A DNA stretch of 37,778 bases from Diploschistes diacapsis (Eukaryota): the NCBI GenBank assembly GCA_023645945.1, contig JALAIB010000059.1, positions 1-37,778 on the forward strand. Reading direction: 5' to 3'. Made by a program: the position numbers and the translations under genes. Numbering within the stretch: the first letter of the stretch is position 1; every line of letters starts with the position of its first letter. Under the pieces are notes generated by a model, which was given only the letters and a program-made list of their open reading frames with translations, was not told where the DNA came from and ran no database searches. Positions 13,480-26,854 of the stretch are shown here, piece by piece.

Positions 13480-16330
13480 TCACTTGCACTTGAAAAGATA
13501 CCGCCTGAGCAGTTCATCCCTCTTCGCGGATTGCTTTCTCCCATTTGCAGATGGTAATTCCAAAGCGAACAGCTGCACTGGCAGACAGCTTCTGCTCCCT
13601 AGAGATATTAGAACAGAGTCCTTCGGCAAAGAGTTCCAAAAACCCCAAGACTTCAATCGGATAGTTATGGCTTCAATGAGAAAATCTGTTTCCCAGCCAA
13701 GACCATATCTGGACAAGCCTGAAGGAGGTTTATCCGAAGAGGTCTCCAACAGTAATGAATATGAAGTTAACCTCGCAGATTTCAAATCAAGTGTTATACT
13801 TGGCTGGTATGATATTTTGTGCATTCTTGGACACGCTCACTTTCACAGTGTGGAAAACCTGGCTCTCTCTTTTCGTTCAACCTTTCCTTCGTTTATCTGA
13901 AAGTGAGTCGAATATTGCAGAGCATGTAGTCCGGATGCAGTGACTCGAAAGTTAGTTTGCTCGTCTTTTTTCTATCTTCAAGCTATGGAGATAAAGCTTG
14001 GACGATGTCACGAGGATTCGTGGAGAGACTTCTGGACGGTTCTTTGTGACCTACTGCGTAGTGGCAAAATCATGGATTCATCGTCATGTAGCGACTAAAT
14101 CTGGTATAGAGCCCTATAAATGGCGATTTGTGCACCAGAGGTATCAGAGAGCACGCCATGTAAGAGGTTAAAGCTAGAAGATTCTAGGTCGGGGACGGGA
14201 GCTGTATTCCGAAATGTGTCACGATATGTGATACTCAATTAAGGCGATTTGCGTAAGACCGTTCGATTGTTCCTAACCTTGATCTGATTCAAGCTGAACG
14301 ACAAACTTGTGATTTGGTTTCTTTGGCTTGTGGGTTAGTAAAGGTGTTAACCCCTTCGCTTGGGCGCGTAAAGCACTAACATAGAAATACTCAGGCCAAC
14401 CATTTAAATAGTGATTGATTAACTGACTACAGTCGACCCACACGTACACATCGCATGTTTCACTGTTCATTGATCGTTATATATGATGAAGTGGTAGCCC
14501 TGCAAGTTGATATTAATATTGGAGAACTGGTAGAATCAATGGCACACCCTTACACATTGTGTCTAATATTGCCAAGCGGTCTACTGCGTATAGTACTAAA
14601 AGTTTTCTGGGTACTTGCGGGCCCTGAAATACGGATACAATACAAAGCACAAAGCCAATCACTGACATCTCTGCCGTCCATCTGACCCTCGCTTTAACAA
14701 GAATGGCCCACAGACCTTGTACGTGTCGTCCGTCTAGACGTATATTAACAATGATCAGACAGGGCTCGAATAAGACGAGCTGTAGAGCTTACCCTCTGGG
14801 AGAACAAGCGGAGGTAGTGCGGAGGCATCTACCGTTTGCCGTGGCGATGATCTTCACGTTTCTTCCCATTTGCGCTTTCCCCATACCGACGCCCGGAGTT
14901 GTCTTACCGAAACTAGACTGAATGTTATGCTCCGTATTGGGTGTTTCTGTTGCAAATGCAGGACCGTTTGAATCTTTGCTTGGTACATCGTCCTGCAGTC
15001 CGCTTATTGGAGACATGGGCGAACATGATGGGAAAGACTGAGGTTCGATGTCTATTGAGAGGTCATGTTCTTGATCATGTAATACTTGCCCAATCTCCAT
15101 ATTAGTATTTCCTTGCAACAGTGAAAGTCCGCTGGTGTCACCATGCACGATTTCGCATCCTGAGGGTTTTCCTGCATTGGGACTAGAGTTAATGTCTTGT
15201 GCTGGTATCTCTTTGGTCACGGGATAGTGATCCTTCTGTGATAGTACTGACAAGGTTGTAAAGCATTGGCCTAACAGCCGTGGCGATCTCAAGGTTAGTG
15301 TAACAAATTTGGCAAAAGCTGCGGCCACAATCGCAGCATATGGCTGTCAGATTTTGTTTTTGTGTGAATCTGCATGATCACAATTTCCTCTTACTGTGTC
15401 AAACATCGATGTTTCCATTTTGAAAATCTCGTCGCGCTTAGCGGCACTTTGATCACACGGCTGGTGGAAGCTATAGGAACCCCATGTAGCTTTACCATCT
15501 TGCCCGGCCGAACAATTCGTTTTATACGATTGCTAGGCTCGCAGTCTTCTGGGCAGCGGTCTGGACTGCTACACTGGTAATCCTTTCTGAATAGGAAATC
15601 GTTATCCGGTCTAGGGTAACACTATCCAGGACTGTCATCTTCTGAGCATCTCTCTAACAGCTTTTGCACTCGCTCTTGAAATGCTAAAAGACACTCACCT
15701 GTTGGACGGAGCTTCTTGAAATTTGCCTCACCAGAGCTTACGAGGGCCTCGTCAGATGTGTTAATTGTCCCAGTTGCAGTAAATCCTCCATCTCCTTTCT
15801 TCCCGTAGTCGATTTGTACTGTTCCTGCATGCGTTTACCTACTCCTTGGCACGACCACATTGCCAAGTCGTAACGTCGGGTCTTGTCGTTGTCGAAGCAG
15901 GGTATACCTCCACCCGTGACGCAGATTAGCAAGAGAGTGTGCACGGTAGCTTTTCTTGACATACACTCCAACAAGCAAATAGTAGCTGAATTCTCTGAAT
16001 GTGTGCTTCCAACTTCGATTATGCCAAACTAAGGGATGAGAAAATCTTCCGGGCGTGGAGCTGGGTTGATCACATCCTTAGGCGGCATGCTCCCGTGTTA
16101 GAAGCGATATATTGGTGGTACAATTTCATTATCGAAGCTTGACGAGATCCACCTCATGCACGATAGTAGCGATAGGTCCCTGATGCTCCATAGTAGACTG
16201 AGTTGGCGGCACCACAGGCTTCAGGGCGATTGAGGCTGTGCTAGAGCGGTCCGAACGTGCTTGCTCCATGACGAAAGCTGTCATGGCCAACTCATAGCAG
16301 AATAACACAATTACTTGCAGAGATCCCAAG
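13480..16330 (-). pseudogene. NLR-like PNP_UDP-NACHT protein relic
   Basis: PNP_UDP motifs across frames: LLICVTGGGIP (~15900), PRPDNDFLF, IASTSRVIK..AAKRDEI, and VRGNCDHADSHKK..PYAAIVAAAFAKF (~15300-15400; family consensus IRGICDYADSHKNK.WQ.YAAATAAAYAK). After an intron come a degenerate Walker A IRISGPASTQKT (~14600-14636) and a Walker B-like VYVWVD (~14440). Both ends are approximate. Confidence 0.7.
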
Positions 16331-16630
16331 ATAGCAAGGGTTGAAGGCTAGAATAAAACTTGACGTCCTAGTACCGGAATCAATGGATGGGCACAAGATT
16401 GGATAAGAGAATCAGTCGCAGCTAGTACCCTATTCACGGTTTTACCGACCAGCCTAACTACTACCGATGTGCCATACTGCATTTTTGCCTACTTACAGCT
16501 GGACTTCAAGGGCCTATACTCAATTCCGGTTTCATAAGCATCTCCTTTTCTTCCCAGCTAACCGTGGCTAGTCCCTGGAGTCTTAGCCAAACCAACATAT
16601 ACTCATATACCTTCCCTGCGTGAAAAGCCT

Positions 16631-18067
16631 TCAAGCCTGCACTACCTCGCGATGCAAACGCTGCCAATACATCCAAACTGCTGTGACGAACGCGGTAAGT
16701 GGTAACGTTACAGCCCAATAAACCCATATAGATTCGGACATGACCCACCTCTCCGGCTCACCGTGGGCAGCTGGGATAAAACTGAAGAATGTGGTGCTGA
16801 AGAGTGCCTATTCGGAAAGTCAGCCCGCTAGAATACCGCCCAACCAGTAGTTGCGTACCGAGACATAGGTAGCTGGAAGAAAAACCAAGGTTGCCACAGC
16901 AATAGTCCTCATGGCTGCGCTGTCCCTCTGGGTGGCTTTACTAATCTCTACCGTTGCTTCATTTCGCTGTTGCGCAATTTGATTGGATAGCTTAGATTAT
17001 CAGCCGCACCTCTGAGGCAAGATGCTCGATTCGTACCAAGTTGATTTCATTCTGTAGCCTCAACTGTAGCGCTCTAGATCTGCCCTCAAGGTTCTCGACG
17101 AAACTCGAAAGCGATTCGAGGTCCTGACCAACACGATCTGATGAGTGAAGAGAAGCATGACTTGTAAGAGTCCTGTGCTTCTCTATCAACTTGCTGATAG
17201 AGCCGGCAGCAACATGCAGAGTCTCTGTTGAATGTATTGCATGCCTAGCTAGATCATGCATCTGTGAATAATCACGGCCTTCAGGTCCCTGCGACGCGCT
17301 TCTTGTCTGCCCTTTAATTAGACAGTAAAGTCTCATCTTGGAAGATGACTCACTATCTCAATCGAGCGAACCTGGTCTCTTAAAGCCCATACTGAAGCAT
17401 CAAAGAAATTTGCAACAACGCGGACTGCAGCGAGGTAGAGATAGTAGGGATCGTTGAATGGCAAGTACGGATCCCATGGTTCGTTCACAGTGTGTAAAAG
17501 CTCTTTGCGGAAGCCGTAGGGTGCATCAACGCAGATCAGCTGAGAACTTTCGCCTGTGCAGCGTAAATAGAGGCTAATCTTATCCCAGGTGTACTCCAGA
17601 GACCTCGGATGGCCATATAACTGTTTGATCTCGAACCGCAGCCACGAAGCTTCCAGACCGACAGCATAAGCGACGTAATAACTGAGTAATTGTAGGCTTA
17701 CAGTGTTGCACTACGTGTTGCTTGTCATCCACCACATCCCTCTGTCCGTAGTATCCATTAGAACGATGACAGACACCTCTCCAGAAGAAAGCCGGTATTG
17801 TGAATATGCTGGCCAGACGTTGACCTTCTTCTGCACTCAAGTCCCGAAGGGAGAGGAAACTGCTGCAATCAGTGAGTGTCTATTGATTCGGCCTGCCTGC
17901 AGGACATGATTTGTGACACTGGGTTCCTGACCTGAGAATATTAGACGACTGAAAAGAAGAATTATACAGGGACGTACAGGGAGCAGCTCATCGATGATTA
18001 CCGGCCGCTCTGTCCAAATGCCCTTGGCTAAAGAGTCGGGTTCATCAGATTGAACTGTGCAGAGCAT
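16631..18067 (-). CDS. Fungal CorA-like (Mg2+ transporter-like) two-TM domain protein
   Basis: The 3' exons splice cleanly and in frame: FDASVWALRDQVRSIE | DYSQMHDLARHAIHSTETL...RLQNEINL | QRDSAAMRTIAVATLVFLPATYVS | ALFSTTFF...IWVYWAVTLPLT...*. The 5' exon structure near 17850-17900 is unresolved (frameshift or short non-canonical intron). Confidence 0.8.
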
Positions 18068-18705
18068 CAAAGGCTGTACCTTCACCTTGCGCGAAAACAC
18101 CCTGCTGTGGATTAAGGCCCGCTTGCTGTCTTGGTGCATTTTTGTTGTATGGGGATGTTCTAGCCTCAAATACCTCAATAGTCGAAGTGCGGGTTCCTGT
18201 GGTCATGGAAGAAACAGTCTTCTCGGACATGTTAGATCTAATGAACGGCCTGCTGAACAGTAGTTTGTATATCCTGCAGTCTTTGGTTGAGAAACAGCAT
18301 AGCGAATTCCAACGCAAGGCTTTTATACCACGGGCTTTATCGAGTCCGTTCATCGAGACTAGTAAGCAAGGCAGAGAGGGGCAGACGCAAGGCTATCTTT
18401 GACGCCCAACTTCTGCAACTTCTCGAAGCTCGACATTTTTCATGGCGTGGCGTTTTGAATATGATGCAGCATTCGTGGCACAGCCAGCTAGAAAGTTATG
18501 AGCTGGAGGACGCAGTGAAGATTTCGAGATTCTTATGCTATCAACAATCGGACGGCATAAATAGCAGTCACGTGATGAATTGAAGTTCATCACGTACACT
18601 TACTAGAGACAGGTCTAAATATTCGTTGCTCATATTCGTTTCAATGACGCTACATGAGGAGAACAGTAACGCCTGTCTCCGCCTCATCTACTATCTCCAG
18701 CCTCT

Positions 18706-20305
18706 TCAATCCATCCATGTCACATTCTTCGTCTTTAGAAATTCTTCAATCCCCGCTGTCGCGTTGAACCTGCCCCAACCGCTTCTACCAACACCGCCAT
18801 GTGGCAGATTTGCCTCGTCGTGGATAGTCCAACGGTTGATGTGCACGGCACCAGCCTCGATCTCCTTCGCAACCCTGAAAGCTTTCCTCAAATCCTCCGT
18901 GAACACCGCTGCGCTTAGCCCGTACCCGGTGTCATTCATCACTGCTAACGCTTCTTCCTCGCTCTCGATTTCCACCAATCCTACCGTCGGCCCAAATGCT
19001 TCCTCGCTATACAAGTCCATACCCTTTTTGATTCCGTCTACCACGACGGGGAACATGCGGGTCTCACTTTCGACGTTGGCGTCGATATCACCGTGGACGA
19101 CTTTAGCGCCTTGAGAGAGGGCGGAAGTGGTCATGCTCTTTGGCTTTTTGACGCCGTTAGGAGTAACAAGAACCTGCCCGCCGGAGGAAGAGGGGAAGAT
19201 TTGAGAGATTGCAGCGGACAATTTCTCTTTGAAAGGAGCGGAGATGGCACGATGGACAAGGATGCGGTCGGTGGACATACATATTTGGCCACTCTAGTAA
19301 AAGGCGGCGCGTTAGCACTAGCCGCGAGCGGCATTTCTGGCATATCACAAAGACGTGAATCAAGCACAGGCCGGGTATGAAGACTTACGTGGAAGAAGCT
19401 CCCTAACGCGCACTCCCTAGCCGCGACCTCTAGGTCCGCATCCTCCAGCACGATTGCACTATTCTTGCCTCCTAGCTCCATAAGACACGGCTTCAGATTC
19501 TTTCCACATATCTCCGAAATGATACTTCCAACGTTCGTGCTGCCTGTGAAGTTCACTTTTTTGACGATTGGGTCTTCGATTATGGATTTAGTTATCGAAG
19601 GGGCATCTTCAGGACGACAGAGGAGAACATTCAGACATCCAGAAGGGAGCCCAGCATCGTGGAAGACTTTGCCAATGGCCCAATAGCACCGAGGTGAGAG
19701 TTCAGATCCCTTGAGGACCGCGGTATTGCCGCCGGCGAGGGCGAAGAGGCAGGCTCGGAAACCAAGAATGTAGGGAGCGTTCCTGGAGATCTCAGCACGT
19801 ACAAAGGCACCGCTGGCTCGACTCACCAGGGTGCTATGCCAAAGACAACTCCGTATGGTTCCTTTAGCACCATCATGCTCCTCCCCTCTTCGAAACACTC
19901 CGGGAGGTTGCCCGTGATGGTGACAATTCGACCCGCGACATCCTTCAGCATTTGCACGCTCAATCGAAGATTGAAACCCATTGCATAGCTGCTCAGCGAG
20001 CCAGTTTCAATTTCAATGTATTTTGCATACTCTTCACCACGAACCTCGAGAATCTCGGACGCTTTCAGAAAAATGTCGCGCCTATAAGTCGCCTTCGTCT
20101 TGCGCCATACGGGTAACGCAGCCTGTGCAGCCTCGACTGCACGTTTTGCATCTGCTTGAGAAGCCGAAGCGGATTTCCAGGCGAGTCTATTTGTGGTTGG
20201 GTTGATCACGTCGAAAGTTGAGGAAAGGCACTCTTCCTTGCCGTTGATCCAGATAGGAATCGTGTGCTCTGCAGCGCCGTCTGCCACACCGTTTGTTGTA
20301 GTCAT
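18706..20305 (-). CDS. Aldehyde dehydrogenase, salicylaldehyde/vanillin dehydrogenase-like
   Basis: Exons 20305-19827, 19782-19389 and 19293-18706. Motifs: EPYGVVFGIAPWNAPYILG, LKGSELSP, FTGST, LMELGGK, catalytic GQICMST, EEAFGP and GGVGRSGWGRFN. Confidence 0.93.
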
Positions 20306-21635
20306 CCTGAAGCGGATCCGCAGGTTACTAGGGCTCGATGGTATGACCGTTGCAAAAGACTGTGCAACTGCAACGGCCCATTTCTAACGGACAGAAGCTG
20401 ACACCAGCGGGACCGGGCTGCGGGGACCATGGTGCTGATTCGGTGATGCAGGACGGCATCCCGTCAATGTTCTGGAGGCGTTAAAGTACTCAAGCCTCAG
20501 GCAATCTTCCGTATACTGAGCATGGTGTGGGGCATCTGGGTGGGGTGGCCTCGGTGTGGGAACACGACATCTTCGTGCGGTTGATGCTCTCAGCATTTAT
20601 CGACGTCGTCCCAACGTGCAACCTTCTTTTTCGACAAACACGGTGCAACGTGGGCAATGTTTACATACATATCTCAATTGCAGCACCTTCGATATTCGAA
20701 AAACATTGGTACAGAAGAAGACCGCACCAAGATCTCCAGCAACAGCTCTGTTTGAAGTCTTTCAGCGCCCAAGGGTCCGGCAGGTAGCAGCCGCATATTC
20801 CGATATACCTTCCGAAGCTGACTTCTACAGCATCCCACGCACCTCTCCGAATCTGACGACCTTTTGAACATCCATAATGACTCAAACCAAGCGCTCATTA
20901 AGGAAAAGCTCTACAGTCGACACAAGCATTGTGAAAGAAATCAATTGGGCGCTTGGGTTGAGTCATGATCTAAAGGTCTTTAGGAATAATGAAGCTGGTG
21001 CTGCCTGCCGGATGCTGGGGCACGAAAACAGTTTGATATGTCATTTGAGCGGGTACTTGGGGTTTTGGATGCTGGATGTAGCGACTCAATCAAGCGCATT
21101 CCTGCCCCGTGACTCTTGAGAGAATACTGAAAGGGGCAACCAAAGGTGCCGAAAATTGCCGAGTAGAATTCCCGCTTCTACCCGCGGTTCAAGGGTAGAG
21201 GCCGGCATCGGTTGCGTCATGGCTGAATGTACCTAGCAAATGTTTACATAAGATTATGATATTTTATGCACAATTTAGCACAATTTGGAAGTTTTTAAAA
21301 TGAATGAAAGGGAGACCATTTGGCGGTGACGGCAGTGGAGAATGTCCAGAACACGGTGGAAAGATGACTTGTGATGCCGTGAACTACTGGCGGAGGCTGC
21401 TCTAAGCCATGACTCGCTGAATTTGAAAGCTCCTCATTATCATGGTCTTGTGACTCTTTCCAAGGCAAGCCTCTCGCTGGAAAGGACTGCGAGTGGATTG
21501 AGCAATTTCGTCCGTCCAGGGATCATCGTCCACGATGTCATCTACATGCACCGTGGTCGAGCAAAGTCTAAATGGGGATGTGGACGATTCCGATGTTCTT
21601 TGGGGATTTCCTCGCTGGAACATTTCCCATTTCTC

Positions 21636-21660
21636 CATGCCAAGCTCATGCCAAGCTCAT
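21636..21660. repeat. 11-bp direct repeat (CATGCCAAGCT)x2 containing two GCCAAG PacC-consensus sites
   Basis: catgccaagctcatgccaagctcat is seen directly. GCCARG is the established PacC consensus, but function here is unproven. Confidence 0.4.
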
Positions 21661-22325
21661 ACCCGGATCGATTTTGTGGGGTAAACCCATGTAAAGCCAT
21701 GCTTCATCGTGCTAACTGATGGCATCAAGGCCAAGGATGTTGCATGTTGCATGGCATTGCATGCTGATCTTCCATGGCGATATGCAACTTTTTTCCAGCA
21801 GTCCAGCTTGATGGCACTTGGGACCACAAGGGATGGAACACGTGTTTGCATAGTTACTACTTTGTTTTCGGCTTGTCCGCATTGAAATCGTAAAGCGGTG
21901 ATGTCAGCAGAGTCAGCATGTGTTCTCCGTTCTTTCGGTCACGCGGAGATGCTCTTGCCAATACGTGCTGTAGGGCAAGTACTGCACGAGAACAAAACAT
22001 TCGTACGAGAATGGCTTGTCCGGTGGCCAACAGACAGCTGAAAACCCTTTGGTCTAAAACCTAGCGAATGAAATGTCGAGCCCTGGCTTTCAAAGCCGTG
22101 AGGTTATTCACAGGATGATGATGCTGCCTGTCCTGCGGGCCTGCCTGGCTGCTTCACTTCAAGTTACTCAGCAAAAGTTTCGGTGGAGGGGACTTCTGGT
22201 AGTATCCCCAATTGCCTTTGGTCACACCGCAAAATGCAATGCTTTCCGGGCTGCTGTGCCTGTACCACCATCAAATTGCTAAGTGTAGAAGCGGTGAGGC
22301 ATCGGGTGAGGCAGGTTGGCAGCCA

Positions 22326-22379
22326 GCCACAGTGCCACAGTGCCACAGTGCCACAATGCCATGGTGCCACGGTGCCACA
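22326..22379. repeat. 8-bp minisatellite (GTGCCACA)n, about 7 imperfect copies
   Basis: gccacagtgccacagtgccacagtgccacaatgccatggtgccacggtgccaca. Confidence 0.9.
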
Positions 22380-23503
22380 AGTTTGCCCTGACAAAGTTCC
22401 CACACGCAGAAAAAACTTCGTTATGGCATCATTTCTCCAGACTTCCAGCCCGATAGAGCTTTGGAATCTGGCCATCACCGTGAACCAAACCAAACCAACT
22501 CAGGAAAGGTGCTGCTCACGCTTTGTCCTGTCGCCTTTGCTCACCCTGCTTGGATGCGCTTTCGCGATGGCCGATGCGCTATTATTATTGGACGGAACGG
22601 GCATCATCCCCAAAAGCTTCTTTCCCCAGGCCTTGTCGCTTCTCTGGCGCCCCAAGATTTGTGTTCCTGCCTTAACCCAGGCTGGTAATGGCGATGCAAA
22701 CAGACTACGGCGATCGTGCGCAATGTTCATTGGTCTTTTGTTGGCACGCTTGTGAATTGACTCTGGCCAACGACGAAGACGCCTCTACCTTGCAGCCCAC
22801 AGCCACGGCCCACAGGATATTTAAAATTGTACTACCATGATCAGTTGCAAAGGGAGCCCGTGGTCTCTCTGCCTGACCGTTTGCATCATTTCTTACTGGC
22901 TTTCGGGATCGACCGTTTCCTGTAGCAAAGGGGTGCATCCCTTGCTGTAGCCCAGTAGTAGCGATGGACGACAGTGAAACAGAATGCAGAAGCAGAGTCA
23001 TCCGATCACATTTTGGTATTCTCACCGATCAACACAAATTAAGCTATTGGAGAATAGCAAAAGACACGATGGGTACCGTCGGGCTGTTTCTGCAGCAGCC
23101 CCCAGGAATGTACCCAGTGAAGATTAGGGAATGACCAACCTCACCTCAGTAAATGGGACCAGAGTCTATCACAAACAACACTTTTTCTCCGTCGTTCTTT
23201 GGCTTTTGTTTGCCTCAGCAACATTTAACCCAGGCAGATCCCTCTCCCCTTCTTGTTTGTTGCATCAGAAGCGAAACACTAAAACCCGTGGGCATCTGGC
23301 TTGTGCTCCCCAACACGGAATTCAATCACGAGCCTCACTTCTTTATCTCACTTCTTCTTTCTCTCCTGCATGCGCAGGATACCCGGAGTTTATCTGTATT
23401 TGTGAATAGCCATTAGTTTCAAACAAAACTGATCGAACACCTGAGATTGGTTTTGCTCTGCTACCATATCACCTATACGAGCCAAAGAAATCTACCTTGG
23501 TAG

Positions 23504-24921
<1,418 letters not shown>

Positions 24922-25622
24922 ACGGTTTATTTTCGCACCTTTCGGCTTGACGACTGCGACTGCGCGTTTTGCACGAAAGACCCATGGTTACGGGAAATTG
25001 CCCCTTTAGATCCTTTTGCCCGCGGCTCCGGAAATGCGACCATGCGCGTCACATGCCGAACAACTCTGCTTTGCGCAAATGGCGTCATCCAAACAATTCT
25101 CAACTTGTACAGGAAACATGAACACCAGTACGCTACACTCTACACTCTAACTCTACATACAGCTCGCCTGCCCCTTTTCCTGGCATCGGCTCCAACTTGA
25201 ATTGGGCCTCTTACTTACTCTATAACGGCGATCACGACCTTACGTTCGCTTACATATACCCCGGCATTTGATTGCATTTGATTTGCCGAACTGTTCAGGA
25301 CTGGTTATCTTCTTTTTTCTTCTTTTCTCTTCTTTTCCGTACGATCGCTTACGATACCCCCTTTATGCGCGGCATTTTTTTTTCTTTGGCGGGTGGATGG
25401 CTGGGGTACCGAGTGGACATTCCGTTGGGAGGGACATGCGAGACTCGATGAGGATTAGGGAAGTTGTATTTGTACATAGCCATCCATCTACATACCAACC
25501 ATGCAAACTTCGGACCCGTTACAAACTTGGTTTCAGCACCTAATCTTCACTCTCTCCTTGCCCCCCGGGGGGGGCACTCGTCTCGGATATTTCAGGCCGC
25601 TCAGTTGTGCACATCGATAATA

Positions 25623-26161
25623 GAGAGGTTCAGCAACCCTGTAAATGCACCGCGTAAGTCTTATTGTAGTTAGCTCGTGTCTCGGCGCCGAGCGCTGCTT
25701 ACCTGTTTGGGAAGCATCTCCGAAAGTGTAGGCAGCGTCCGCCTACAGAACCGCAGACGTCGCCTACGCTGCGTAAGTCCTAATGTAGATAAGCGTCGAG
25801 AACAGCCTTACGGCCCTCCACCGACGCATCTGTAGCGTAAGGGACAGGCAACGATGCCTGCCCCTACGCTCCCAGGCCCTCAATTTTGCGATTTAGATGG
25901 TGATGAACGCTGGCATTAAATGCCGCAGCGTCTATTACCATCTCCGCATCCTTCTTACCCCCCCTTCTCCTTTACTTCTTAAACGTGAAATGGCCATATT
26001 TTAGGCCTTTTTGATTATATTCAAAAGAGATGAAATTACTAGAAGCATTGCATTTTGATATACTATTTAATTTGGACTAGTCTCTTGCCAAGGCCCTTAA
26101 AAAAGCGTTAGCTACATCTGGACTTACGCAGCGAGCGCATTGCAGGGTTGCTGAACCTCTC
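25623..26161. mobile_element. Non-autonomous TIR element (MITE), 539 bp, TA target-site duplication
   Basis: Left end GAGAGGTTCAGCAACCCTG and right end CAGGGTTGCTGAACCTCTC form a perfect 19-bp inverted repeat, flanked by TA on both sides. The subterminal motif GCGTAAGTC...TGTAG occurs at ~25652 and ~25771 and inverted at ~26112-26129. There is no transposase ORF. Confidence 0.85.
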
Positions 26162-26809
26162 TAATCAAGTATGCCTGCAACAACAGCATTATTATTACAG
26201 GCCCCCTCAAGCCCCGGACACCTCACACCCACAAACCACCCATCGCATTCTTTTTCTATCCCACCCATCCACCAACCCCCCTGGTGCGCGGGGAGCCGAC
26301 AACAAAGGGGCTGGCTCAATAATCAACCTCTCGATGCAACAGGCCACGTACCAGTTAGAGCACATAATAATATCCCCGGGATTACGACGACGTGAAAAAC
26401 CCATCACAAACGCGCTAGCTACAGCTGAGACTATATCGAGCATTTGCCCCCCCCGGGCTCCGCACACCCTGCCCCCCTAGGCAATAAAATCCCCCACCTC
26501 GTGGTTTGGGAAGCCCCGCGCGCGTGTGTGCCTGCCCCGTCGAAGAAGAGCGGGATCGGGGGGGCCTATGGAGCAGGCTGGAACGCGCGCTTCCCTTTCC
26601 TTGTAGATCCGCACGGTGGGGACAGACGAGCTCGAGCTCACCGGGTAACAAAAAAAAACACAAGCTAAATAAAAACGAGATGACGGGGTCGTCGTTCGTG
26701 GCATTGGGTGGCCTATCTGCACCTCCGTGCCCTCGCGCGTACGTGCTGCTCTCCGGGCCTTGCTTGCGGCCAGCCAGCCAGCCAGCCCCGACCGTTCCAT
26801 TCAGCCCAT

Positions 26810-26836
26810 GAGGAGGAGGAGGAGGAGGAGGAGGAG
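26810..26836. repeat. (GAG)9 microsatellite
   Basis: Nine perfect GAG units; a short (GCCA)4 run lies about 30 bp to the left. Confidence 0.9.
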
Positions 26837-26854
26837 GGCAGCGCCTTCTAAGTC

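Noticed and set aside
22326..22379. CRISPR-like array
   Set aside because: The units are contiguous 8-mers without spacers, in eukaryotic DNA.
22183..22755. 190-aa ORF in the ALDH-glucanase intergenic region
   Set aside because: It has a non-ATG start, runs through the 8-bp minisatellite, and shows no codon bias or domain.
25727..25943. Known structural RNA (tRNA, snRNA, telomerase RNA, group I intron)
   Set aside because: I find no cloverleaf or A/B boxes, Sm site, telomeric template or P7 core, and the hairpins lie within TIRs.
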